Of a stretch of 64,000 bases of DNA, positions 1 through 11,734 are shown in pieces. Positions within the stretch are counted from its first letter, which is position 1; each line of letters opens with the position of its first letter. The stretch lies in assembly GCA_043228905.1 (NCBI GenBank), contig JBHGNT010000003.1, positions 10,974,001 through 11,038,000 on the forward strand. The letters run 5' to 3'. The stretch comes from Azolla caroliniana (Eukaryota > Plantae > Polypodiophyta). Under the pieces are notes generated by a model. That model was given only the letters and a program-made list of their open reading frames with translations, did no database searches and had not been told where the DNA came from. Position numbers and translations under genes: made by a program.

Positions 1-1275
1 AATGCTCGTACGCCTTCATGAGGAGGAGAGGTGCATGGGCAAGCCCGAACGCTCCCTCGTCACGAGACGACCGCACGTACGAGGAAGACACAAACACACG
101 CACAAAATGCTCGTATGCCTTTATGAGGAGGAGAGGTGCTGTTACGGGCATGACCATTTAATATCCTGTGGTGAGAATTTACTGTAGTATTCTATACACG
201 TGGATAAGTGTGAGGGTTAAACGAGAGTGTAAAGAAGGGGAGGATTACTTTTAATCCTCGGGATTGAGACAACCCATTAGGTCAAGTGTGAACTAGCTTG
301 GGGGCCTTGGGTATCGCTATAAATAAGAGGCCTAGCTACCCTCATTTGATCATCTTTTGACTACATCGAGACTCTTCTCTTGTGGTGGGTCAACTCTTGT
401 AGCGAGCGCGCCAGCACCAGGTACGACTCAACGCCACGGTGGTGGTATGGGATGCCGATCAAGGCTCGAGTCCGTCTCGATCCCTTCGCTCGGGGGTGGT
501 CGGGTGGATCGGCACCCATCTTTCTCTTTCTCCTTTCTATCTATCATTACTTTATCCTTATCTTAAGCTTACTTTAGTACCTAAATCTCTAATAGATGCA
601 TGGGCAAGCCCGAAACGGTCCCTCGTCACAAGACGACCGAACGTACGAGGAAGACATAAACACACACACAAATGCTCGTACGTCTTTATGAGGAGGAGAG
701 GTGCATGGGCATGCCCAAAACACTCCCTCGTCACAAGACGACCGAACGTACAAGGAAGACACAAACACACACACAAATGCTCGTACGCCTTTATGAGGAG
801 GAGAGGTGCATGGGCAAGCTCGAAACGGTCCCTCGTCACAAGACGGCCGAACGTACAAGGAAGACACAAACACAACACGAATGGTCGTACGTCTTTGTGA
901 GGAGGAGAGGTGCATGGGCACGCTCGAAACGGTCCCTCGTCACAAGACGACCGAACGTACGAGGAAGACATAAACACACACACAAATGCTCGTACGTCTT
1001 TATGAGGAGGAGAGGTGCATGGGCAGGCCCAAAACACTCCCTCGTCACAAGACGGCCGAACGTACAAGGAAGACACAAACACACACACAAATGCTCGTAC
1101 GCCTTTATGAGGAGGAGAGGTGCATTGGCAAGCTCGAAACGGTCCCTCGTCACAAGACGGCCGAACGTACAAGGAAGACACAAACACAACACGAATGGTC
1201 GTACGTCTTTGTGAGGAGGAGAGGTGCATGGGCACGCCCGAAACGGTCCCTCGTCACAAGACGGCCGAACGTACA
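1..1275. repeat. ~105-bp tandem repeat array with ~314-bp trimeric higher-order structure, interrupted by a solo LTR
   Basis: The unit 'gaggaggagaggtgcatgggc...ccctcgtcacaagacg...aacgtac...ggaagacacaaacac' recurs at about 600, 705, 810, 914, 1019, 1124 and 1228. Variants repeat every third unit. The array runs off the left edge. Confidence 0.93.
140..594 (+). mobile_element. Solo LTR of the Gypsy-A chromovirus family
   Basis: Starts tgttacgggcatgacc and ends ctctaata. Matches the LTRs at 11279-11734, 38822-39266 and 60021-60475. TSD ggtgc/gatgc; the repeat unit resumes in register. Confidence 0.92.
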
Positions 1276-2711
1276 AGAAAGACACGAACAAAGAAAGAAG
1301 GAGAGAAAGAAACACGAATGATATCGACCAAAGAGATAAATACGTGTTTAATTCCAACGCAAGAGGATCCTTTATAAAATAGGGTTTGATTCCAATGGAA
1401 ACTTATAGTTAACCACAAGCTCAATCAAAACATAAATACTAAATGCCCTTCGAGACAAAGGCAAATCCGAACACGGCGAAGATGAACACAGGAGCACCAC
1501 CAAAATGCCAATCCCAACGAACCACGACGACCCGAACGGCAAGCACACGAGCTCGCAACGTCGAACCAACGAAGCTTGAGCTCACGAGCACTTCGAGTGC
1601 CAACGCGAAGAAGATGAGCACGTGGCGATGGGGGGATGAAGGGGTATGAGATGAAGAGAAATGGTGAATAAGAAGATGAAGAGCTCCGAACGAAAATTGG
1701 CGATAGTCTCCTCCTCCCAAAACGTCCTCCCCGAAATGAGCCCCCCTCAGCCTCATTTTATAGGAAAAAAGGAAGGGGGGTCGCCAATTTTGTCTTCAAT
1801 GAAAAATGAATAAATTTTTTCCTTAAATGACGTTGCACTGTAAAACTAGATTTGAAGCGTTCATGTCTAGCTAGAAGTCAATGTGACTATCCAGTAGCCC
1901 ATTAACTCTCTCTTGTATAATATATAATTCTATCTTTATAAATTCATAGCCTGTCCTCCCTCTACCTTTTATCTCTCCTCTCTTTTACTTTTTGCACGAG
2001 CTTCTATACCTCCTTTCCACCCTTTGTTTTCCCTTTTATTTTGTATATGCACAATTAATCGCCTTTGTGTGCACACACATTGCACATGCACATTTTGACC
2101 CCCCCCTTTCGCCGGTTTTTCCCTCTCTCGAGCACGCCACATCACGACAGCGGTTCCGCCTCATGATCCGAATGTAGTGACAGATTTTTCGCCACAGCGT
2201 ATTGGACGAGCTTTAAAATGAGTATTTAGTCAACATTGTTCACATGAGCTTTTGGATTGGAGGTTGTCATGCTAATAAATTCTAGGTACCGAGTCTCTAA
2301 GTACAAGTATAATGTTGAGCGGCAAGCTTAACTGGAGCCGGATCGGCTGGATAAGCCTGAGCCGGTGAGCAAGATGGATCGGTAAGCCGGTGAGCAATAG
2401 AGCCAGTGAGTTGGGGAGTGGGATAGCTGGATCCAATCGGTAACCGGAAGCCTAGTATTAGTTTAGACTACTAGGCAGTTATAGTCTCGTAGTAAGTGTC
2501 AGATGCTCGTGTGAGCATTGAAGTATGCAGTACTTCTGTCAGTTCCACGAGGACTTGTATAAATAGTGCTACTGAGCACAGTTGTAAGAGAGAGAGTGTT
2601 TATATTGTTTTGAATATAGCTTTTACGTTTGGCTCTCTCTGTCTCTCCCGTGTATTCTATGTATTCTCTACTTTCTCTGTTTTCTAACGCTTCCGCAAGT
2701 AATCGTTTACA

Positions 2712-2723
2712 TGGTATCAGAGC
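2712..2723 (+). promoter_or_regulatory. Primer-binding site (tRNA-iMet) of Copia-A1
   Basis: tggtatcagagc immediately follows the LTR end. Confidence 0.9.
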
Positions 2724-2812
2724 GCGAGGGTTGAGAACCTCTACAACAAACGCTTGAAAGCAAACCCTAACAGGTCGTAAGAACAACAGACAGAGAAGTG
2801 ATAGATAGAGGA

Positions 2813-5806
2813 ATGGCTAGTTCGCTCGCTGTGGAAAAACTCGATAGATCCAACTATGCATCTTGGTCGTACAAGATGCACCAGTACTTGCTTGGGCATG
2901 GCTACTCGAGTTTCGTCGAAGGAGCCAACGAAACAACACCTGATGCGGCATGTAAGGATTTCCTAGTGTGGGAACAATCGGCAAGCAGAGTGATGTACTG
3001 CTTCGCGTCAAGTGTCGGAGACCAGCTGCTGAGCCACATCCGAGACGCCAAGACGCCGAAGGAGGCTTAGGGAAACCTGAAGAAGGTTTTCGCCGCGAGC
3101 ACTACAGCCCGGAAGCTGCAACTCCGACAAGAGTTGAGCAATGTCTGACAGAAGGACATGTCGATGACGAATTACATGGCCCGGATCAAAGAGATATGTG
3201 ACTCGCTTGCCTCTATCAACGTTACCATAGTGGAAGACGAGATGGTATAGGTCTATCTTGGGGGCCTGAAGTCTAAGTTCAAAGTGTTCCGAACGACGGT
3301 GTGTACAAGGAAGAATACACCGTCATTTTTCGACTTACAGTCGATGCTCCTTGTAGAGGAGAACCACGCCGGTGCGTCAACTAGCGCACCCATTGACAGT
3401 CGGATGCTGTACACGGAAGCGGATCTGTCCTGTGGGCGTGGTGGACGAGGTGGGTTGGCATGCAATGGAGGCGGCCGGTAAGACCAGGAACAAAGGCACA
3501 GAGAATGTGCCGACAACAGTTCTGGACCCTCCGGGAGCAGAGGGACTCATGGCGGCACCGGAAGACGGCAAAAGAAGACTACAACGGAATGCTGGTACTG
3601 TGACAAAAAGGGCCATAGAGAAAGCGAGTGCTGGAGAAAACGGGCTGATTTGGACAAATCCGGATCCGGCAAGGCCGGCAAGGATTTCCGGCAAAGCGCA
3701 CTACGCGAAGGGATTGGGAGGATCCAAGAACGGTAACGGGCCAGCCTTGGTGATAAAGCACGAGGAGAACTCGATGAAGAAGACCACTTCCAAATCAGAG
3801 GAAGTGTGGTACGTTGATTCCGGTGCATCAAACCACATGACGAGCCACAAAGAGTGGTTCTCCTTTTTGGAGAAACCGGATCAACCAGGAGTAGTCGAAA
3901 CCGGAGATGACACTCCTCACCCAATCGTGCACGTCGGAGAAGTCCCTTTGAGCCACGTCGGACAGAAGGGGAAGCTGATGAACATATTACACGTTCTGAC
4001 AATCACGAAGAACCTGGTGTCGGTCTGACAGATCGTCGACCAAAGGATGCAGGTGCGATTTACGCACCTCGGGTGCTTCATTGAGGAAGAGGGCCAGATT
4101 ATTGCCCAAGGGCGCAGAGACGGGGGGATGTTTATCCTCGACACCAATGATGTCGACACCGCTCTGTTTGCAAAAGGATAGAAGGTCGAATCGGACATCG
4201 AACTATGGCACAAGCGATAGGCCACGTCAATTATCGGAGGCTTCAAGACCTGCAAGCGAAACAAATTGTTTTCGGTTTGTCGAAGTTCAGCGGCCGGAAG
4301 GCCCAAGTATGTGAAGCTTGCCAACTCGGGAAGCAACACCGGCTTTCGCTTCCCACCGAATGTAACCGGAGCCGTAACAAGCTCGACCTTATCCATTTAG
4401 ATGTGTGGGGACTGGCACAGAATGTTAGTCTTGGCAGGAGTCGATATTTCATCTCCTTCATCGACGACTATACGCGGCAGACATGGATGTACCTCATTGA
4501 GCGGAAGAGTGAAGTCTTCGAGTGTTTCCGGAGTCTCCAAAGCATGGTGGAACGGGAATCGGAGAGGAAGATCAAATGCTTGCGGTCGGATGGAGGAAAA
4601 AGAATACTTTTCCGTCCAATTCAACAATTATCTGCAGCAAAAGGGAATTCAGCGAGAGTTCAACTGCAGATACACACCGCAATAGAACAGTGCTGCCGAA
4701 AGGAAGAACCGGTCACTTATTGATGCGGCAAGGGCAATGTTGGAGGAGAAGAGCATGCCCAAATTCTACTGGGCGGAGGCAGTCCGAACGGTTGTCTACA
4801 TCCAGAACCGGATCAGTGACAAGGTGTTAGCTCACGAGCTGTATTTCGGGCGCAAGATGAATTTGAGACACCTTAAGATCTTCGGTAGCATTGCATATGT
4901 GCATGTACCGGATGAGAAGCGGAGGAAGCTGGATGCAAAATCGGAAAAATGCATCCTAATCGGCTATGCTCAAGAGAAAAAGGGTTATAAGTGTTATAAC
5001 CCCCAGACAAAGCAAGTCCGAGTTAGTCGAGATGTCGAGTTTGATGAATAGGCATCGTGGTACTCCTTACCGGCTCCGACTTCCGAATCCGACCCGATGC
5101 CGGAGGATGAGGCTAGTGAGCCTAAACCGGCCTAGGTAGATGATGATGAAGCGTTGACTCAGGATGAGAGTCCGAAATCGTTTCGGTTGAGCGGGCCGAA
5201 CGAGAGACTGAGTCAATTTGACCAGTCCGATGAGGAACCGGCGAGTAGTGGAGACTCTACCGTGCTCTCCCCGCACAAGGAACCAAGGAGACAGTTCATG
5301 CGCAAAGTGAAAGGGAAGAAAAAGATGCTGGCATTCAAAACCGGCAACGATGAGTCGGATTGGTGTGCATCCGACTCCGGCAAGGAGAAAGGCGGATCTT
5401 CGGCAACGAAGACCGAACCGGCCAAGAAAGGCCTTAAATCGGGTAACAGTGAGTTACGCCGGTCCACCTGCTAGAAGGATCCCGTCACGCAGTACGGGTA
5501 CAATGAGTACATGGCGCATCACTATGCGTACATGACTAAAGTGGCGGAAGTGCGTGAGCCGGAGAGCTACGCAGAAGCGGCAAAGGGCGCAAATTGGCGT
5601 GCCGCTATGGTGGAAGAAATTTGGGCACTTGATGTCAACGAGACATGGGATCTAGTTGACCCTCCCCGTCACTATAAACCGATCGAATGCAAGTGGGTGT
5701 ACAAGGTAAAGTACAACGCAGACGGTTCACTTAACCGATACAAGGCCCGGTTAGTGGTGAAGGGATACGCGCAGACCCACGGAATCGACTACGACGAGAC
5801 CTTCGC
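2813..5806 (+). pseudogene. Copia-A1 gag-protease-integrase-RT N-terminus, with many stops and frameshifts
   Basis: Motifs KLDRSNYASW (gag), WYVDSGASNHMT (PR), integrase core, WVYKVKYNADG...YKARLVVKGY and DYDETFA (RT). Confidence 0.92.
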
Positions 5807-6047
5807 TATTAGAGATTTAGGTACTAAAGTAAGCTTAAGATAAGGATAAAGTAATGATAGATAGAAAGGAGAAAGAGAAAGAAGGGTGTTGATCCACCCG
5901 ACCACCCCCGAGCGAATGGATTGAGACGAACTCGAGCCTCGATCGGCATCCCATACCACCGTCGTGGCGTCGAGTCGTACCTGGTGCTGGCGCACGCTCG
6001 CTACAAGAGTTGACCCACCACAAGAGTAGAGTCTCGATGTAGTCAAA

Positions 6048-9000
6048 ACTTTGGATCTCAATCAATCACGATATCCATCGGTAACCCATAAAAACGAAAT
6101 AATTCGTCAACAAATTGGTAAGCCAATTCAGGAGCTGTTACCGTGGTTTTAGTAGCAATAAATCTGGCCATTTTAGTTAGTCGATCAACGAAAACCCAGA
6201 TGGCATCATGACCTTTTTGGGTGCGAGGAAGGCTAACAATAAAATCCATGGATATACTTTCCCACTTATTATTGGGAATGTCCAAGGGATGTAAAAGTCC
6301 TGCGACTTTAAGTCGCTCGGCTTTGTTAAGCTGACACTGGTGACATTTAGTCACATAGCTATGTATGTCAGGACGCATCTTCGGCCAATAAAATTGAGTG
6401 GAGATGAGAACGAGTGTACGATGTATTCCAGGGTGCCCTGCTGAGGGTGCATCATGGCATTCAAAAAGAATCCCCTTTTTGACCTCAGGTAAATCTGGAA
6501 CACAAACCTTCCCATTACGGTAGAGCAAACCGTTAGCAATGTGGAAGTATTCCTTCGAGGATGTGGTGGTGTCTATTCCAGACTCAACTCTTGCCCACTA
6601 TTTTGCAAAATAACCGTCATCAGGATACTTTCCTCGAAGGTGATCATAAAGATATGATGTTATTTCAGTGAAGCTAAGCATGTTAACTTCACGGATGCGA
6701 CTTAGTGCATCAGCGACAGTGTTCATGGAACCTTTACGATATCGTATGGAAAAATCCAAGTCCTGGATGAGATCAGCCCATCGTGCCTTACAACCTTTCA
6801 GGTCTTGTTGGTCACAAAAATATTTCAAGGACTCGTGGTCCGTAGTTGCCACAAAGCGATTTCCATAAAGATAATGCCGCCATGTTTTGAGCGCATGTAT
6901 AACTGCAAATAGTTCCTTTTCTTGAACGGTATACCGACATTGAGCAGAATCAAGTTTCTTACTCTCGATATAAGACAACACCTATAGCAGAATCGCTTGC
7001 ATCGGTTTCAACCTCAAAAGGTTTTGAAGGATCAGGTAAAAGAAGTGAAGGAGCCTTGCAAACCAGGTCCTTGAGTTCCTTAAAGGCGAGGTTTAGTGTA
7101 GCATTCCCCACAATAGGTTTTGTAGACTTACGCGTTTGACCTTTTAAAAGATCAGTAAACGGCGTTGTCAATTGGGAGTAATTACGAAGAGACTTTCGCA
7201 AAAACCCGACAAAACCAAGGAATGATCGAACTTCTCGAATATTCCGAAGAGTGGGCCAAAGCTTGATTTTCTCAATGCGAGAAGGATCAATTTCAACTCC
7301 TCGTTCGGTTATGAGATGTCCAAGATAAGTAATTGATTTCTTGAAGAACTCACATTTTGAGATCTTCGCATAAAACTATTTGTCATGCAATGTTTGTAAA
7401 ACAAAGCGGACATGTCTAGCATGTTCTTGTAATGTACGGCTATAAACTAAAATATCATCCAAGAAAATAACGACAAATTTTCCAAGTTGTTCTCGGAAAA
7501 TGTCATTCATTTCTTGTTGAAAAGTAGCCGGAGCATTGGTCAAACCAAAAGGCATAACCAAAAACTCGTAATGGCCATAGCGCGTACGAAATGCCGTTTT
7601 AGGAACACCGTCCTCACTTATTTGTATTTGATGGTAGCCAGTACGGAGATCAAGTTTCGTAAAATACCGAGCTCCCTGGAGACGGTCAATTAGATCGTCA
7701 GCTCGGGGCAATGGGTACGAATTCTTGATCGTCACTTTATTCAAGCGTCGGTAATTAATACACATACGCCATGTGCCCTCTTTCTTTTTAACCAAGAGAA
7801 TTGGTGCACCCCATGGAGATTTACTATAACGTATATAACCCATTCGTAAATAGTCCTTGGGTTGCTTAGATACCTCATCTTCTTCGGATCGACTTAAGCG
7901 ATACGGAGGTATACTTATTGGTGCAACACCAGGTACAATATCTATACGATGGTCTATATTACGTTTAGGAGGTAACCCATCACGTAGTTCACTTGGAACA
8001 ACATCATGAAAATCATTTAAGATTTCATCAAGTTGTTGTTGTTCAAAATATGTTAATTGAACCGGGACATTATCGATATTGTAAACGTGAATGTCCGGAT
8101 CAAGAACACAATAAAATAACGTAGAACAAGACAACTCGGATATTGATGGACACGAGGAAACAATCGAGAGGGATTGTTTTTTTACACATTAAATAAAATG
8201 CGTACAATCGTTCAGTACAAAAGAAATGGAATGGCGAACCCAATCAATAAATAAAGATGAGTTTTTATTATAAAACCAGGGATAACCCAGTATTACATCG
8301 GTGGTACAAAGATTCATTACATGGAAGTCTACTTCCTCTATATAAGTATCAACAGAAATTCCTAATGAATGAATCACCCCATTGATGTATTGTACTCTTC
8401 CATCAGCCAAGTGCACTGTGTAGGTGTGATCACTTACGGTGGGTTGGATTCCCCATATCTGAACCAAACGATCATTCACAAAATTGTGTGAGCTTCCAGA
8501 ATCAAATAAAAATTGTACGGGAGATCCATTGATATACCCGTTTCCACGTAGTAAATCATTGGGACCCAATACATAGTGAGGGAAAGAACATTGAGAATTA
8601 CTTAAATGATGTGTATAGACTTGAAGGACATTAGGAATCTGACCTTTATGGTCTGCAGCTTTAGCTTTGTTGTCATGCTCTTTCCATTGGAGCTTTCGAC
8701 ATTGATATTTTGTATGACCCTTCTTTTTGCAGAATACGCAAAAAGGATGTTGTCGCTTACAATCGCGATCTAGGAATTCTTTGGGTGTCTTGCGTTTCCC
8801 AACAAATTGCGATTGCTTAGTCCCGGGCACTTCGTTGGGTTTGTTGTGGTCCTTCTTCGAAGTGCGTTGATAGCGAAGAACTATTTCAACGGCCTCTTCG
8901 AAGGATTTTGGATCCTTATCGTGCACTATCCAGTGATAGTCCGAATTGGGGATGCCATTGACAAAACAAGCTATCAACCAATTGTCCCCTTCTAGACCCG

Positions 9001-9577
9001 ATTTTTGGATTTGGGTTCTAGCATGGTGAACATAATCTTCTAGCGAGGAAAATTTCCTGCTAGAGAGGTTCATTAAAGCTTGTGTTGCCTCGGTTCGAGA
9101 GGGAGGTTGCAGAAATTGGCCCTTAAAAACCGTGACAAAATCTGTCCAGGTATCGGGCAATTTCCCCATATTACGGAGCCTACGCCACCAGGCGGCGGCC
9201 TTACCCCCGAGTTCTCCGCCGACATATGCAGTCTTCGTACTATCTGGCGTGGGATAGAGCTCAAAATGAGACTCCCATCGGCCCAACCACGTGCAGATTG
9301 CTTCTTCGGTTCTTTCCTTTTTGTCTCCCGTAAATGGCTTAACGACAAACGATGGTTCACCCTGTCGCTCATCAGGTCTATTAGTCTCACGTTGTAGACT
9401 AATGACACGTGCCTCGAGAGCACTTTGAGATTGCCGAAGTTCGGTCATCTGTTGAGCGGTGAAACTAAGGTATTGGGTTATATGTGCCAAATACATCTCA
9501 GTGGACATTTGTCCAGGAGGATTCCCTTGAGTTCCTTCCGCTTGAGCGGATGACATCGGGTCGTTAATTTGAGCCAT
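6048..9577 (-). pseudogene. Gypsy-A1 gag-pol with stops
   Basis: CCHC knuckle [48 protein letters not shown] zinc finger HDAPSAGHPG. Confidence 0.92.
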
Positions 9578-10833
9578 TAAAGATTATTTCTAGAAAAGAA
9601 ATAGGATAAGGTCAGAGAGATAGTCATAACATCATGTCGTGATGTAAACCTATCATGGGCGAGCATTAATCGATATCATTATCTCACGTCAATACCCCTC
9701 TAGACGTATGAGATGAGGTTCAAGATCAGGTTACTATGGTAACACAAAGGTGTTTTAAAAACCATGGGGGTGACAATTTAATGTCTTTCCCTGATCTCTA
9801 TATCGATTTTTTCATGGAGGCTCCCCGAGGCTCAACCATGTATGTTCGTGTCATGAGTAGTTTATATACGAAAAAAAATGTTAACAATAAACTATGTTTC
9901 TTTGCCCACATATGTGGTTTCGGCTCTTTAAGTCCTATTACGAGGACCCCGAGGTGCACTTAGACCTTAAGTCTAAACATGTTTTATAGTCATATGTATC
10001 AAGGATGTTGTATGGTCTTGGTCATATTTGAACTCGAGACCTCGAGAACAAATACATTAAACACTTGAGCCAACCAAGTAAGTTGCTCTTCTCGAAAGCT
10101 TAATGTTTGATGCGTATAAGAGATATGCGAGGCATTTGATCATATATGTTTTTTTTAATAGAACATATATGTCAAGGGTCCTTATTTCGCCCTCATTTAC
10201 CAAAACTATGTTGGTACGTTACCTAACCTCAAGTCTCGTAATTACGATGGCATACGCCAAAGTGCAACCTAATGGTAAAGCCAAATGAGCCCTCGTTTCG
10301 TAGTAGGCCCACGTGGCCCATCACATGGTCACGTCATTACGAATGCCTCTCGTAAGGACGAGGTCATGGTGGCATCGTATCCATGTAACGAGGGTGGGAT
10401 GTTGGATACGTGTGTCATTGGAGCGACCTCACTTGAAGTGGGTCAAGCCCTACGTACTCAACATCATTATGGCTATAGGCGTTTCTTTACGTAACGAAAT
10501 CAAGGTCATCAACGGGGTTGTCAACAATAGAAAATTGTTGAAAAAGGGATGGTGACAACGCCATTCTCACAAAAATGTGAGGACGGCCACCAACATCCTT
10601 TCCCCAAAAAGGAAAACATTCGATATTAAAATCACATAATAACTTATATACACATATGTATATATTATCACATATATACAATCCAATATGTATACACGTG
10701 ACCACATATGCATATATTAAACAAATCGTTATTTCAAATAGCCTGAAATGATGTAATCGAGATACGTAATCGAGGCATATACCTCTACGCACACGAAACA
10801 TCCACAAATAAGAGATCATCGTAATACGCAATT

Positions 10834-11015
10834 GAGGTATTGACCTCTTACGCATACGAGACCAAACACATATCCTTTACAATAAATCAAGGTATTAAAC
10901 TCATACGCAAACGTAACATATGTTCGTGAACGTAATACATAATTGAGGTATTAACCTCGTACGCATACGACACTCATCGCATATTATTTATATGTCAAAC
11001 GAGGTATTGATCTCG
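10834..11015. repeat. ~56-bp degenerate tandem repeat with palindromic core gaggt-attg-acctc in the Gypsy-A 5' UTR
   Basis: Cores at ~10834, 10889, 10945 and 11001. Same spacing in copy 2 at ~38381, 38437, 38493 and 38549. Confidence 0.7.
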
Positions 11016-11734
11016 TGCACATATGTAAACGTTTTAGATAATCAATTAAAGACCACTACAACATCATTGACTTAATGAAAAAAATTGACATATAAACTAA
11101 ACACATGATTTGATGGGAGTAGAGAGAATAGAAAGAAAAAAAATTATTACGGAAAGAGTTACCGAAGTTCTTTGTTGATCGTTGTCTGGATCAAGGCCGA
11201 CCGCACATCGATCGATCACCATCAATCAAAAGATAAAAGACAAACAAAGAAACATTAGTACATAAATCTGATACCAAATATTAGAGATCTAGGTACTAAA
11301 GTAAGCTTAAGATAAGGATAAAGTAATGATAGATAGAAAGGAGAAAGAGAAAGAAGGGTGCCGATCCACCCGACCACCCCCGAGCGAATGGATCGAGACG
11401 GACTCAAGCCTCGATCGGCGTCCCATACCACCGCCATGGCGTCGAGTCGTACCTGGTGCTGGCGCGCTCGCTACAAGAGTTGACCCACCACAAGAGCAGA
11501 GTCTCGATGTAGTCAAAAAGATGATGAAATGAGGGTAGCTAGGCCTCTTATTTATAGCGATACCCAAGGCCCCCAGGCAAGTTCACACTTGACCTAATGG
11601 GTTGTCTCAATCCCGAGGATTAAAAGTAATCCTCCCCTTCTTTACGCTCTCGTTTAACCCTCACACTTATCCACGTGTATAGAATACTACGGTAAATTCT
11701 CACCACGGGATATTAAATGGTCATGCCCGTATCA

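Larger units (their letters stand above)
5807..11734 (-). mobile_element. Gypsy-A copy 1, antisense inside Copia-A1 RT; ~1-kb deletion removes INT C-terminus, chromodomain, PPT and 3' LTR U3
   Basis: 5' LTR 11279-11734, iMet-type PBS ~11268-11276, 3' LTR remnant 5807-~6047. TSD ttcgc/tttgc. Copia RT reads DETFA|PVANMTTVR across the insertion. Confidence 0.93.

Noticed and set aside
357-577. Recurrent small ORFs (MTTSRL..., MWWVNS...), also near 5.8, 11.3, 32.3 and 60.1 kb
   Set aside because: They are incidental translations of the Gypsy-A LTR.
1-1377. Repetitive ORFs and a CRISPR-like periodic look
   Set aside because: These are translations of a tandem repeat. There are no unique spacers and no cas genes, and the context is eukaryotic.
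2762-2770. aaaccctaa as a telomeric repeat
   Set aside because: It is a single telo-box-like unit in a 5' UTR, not an array.
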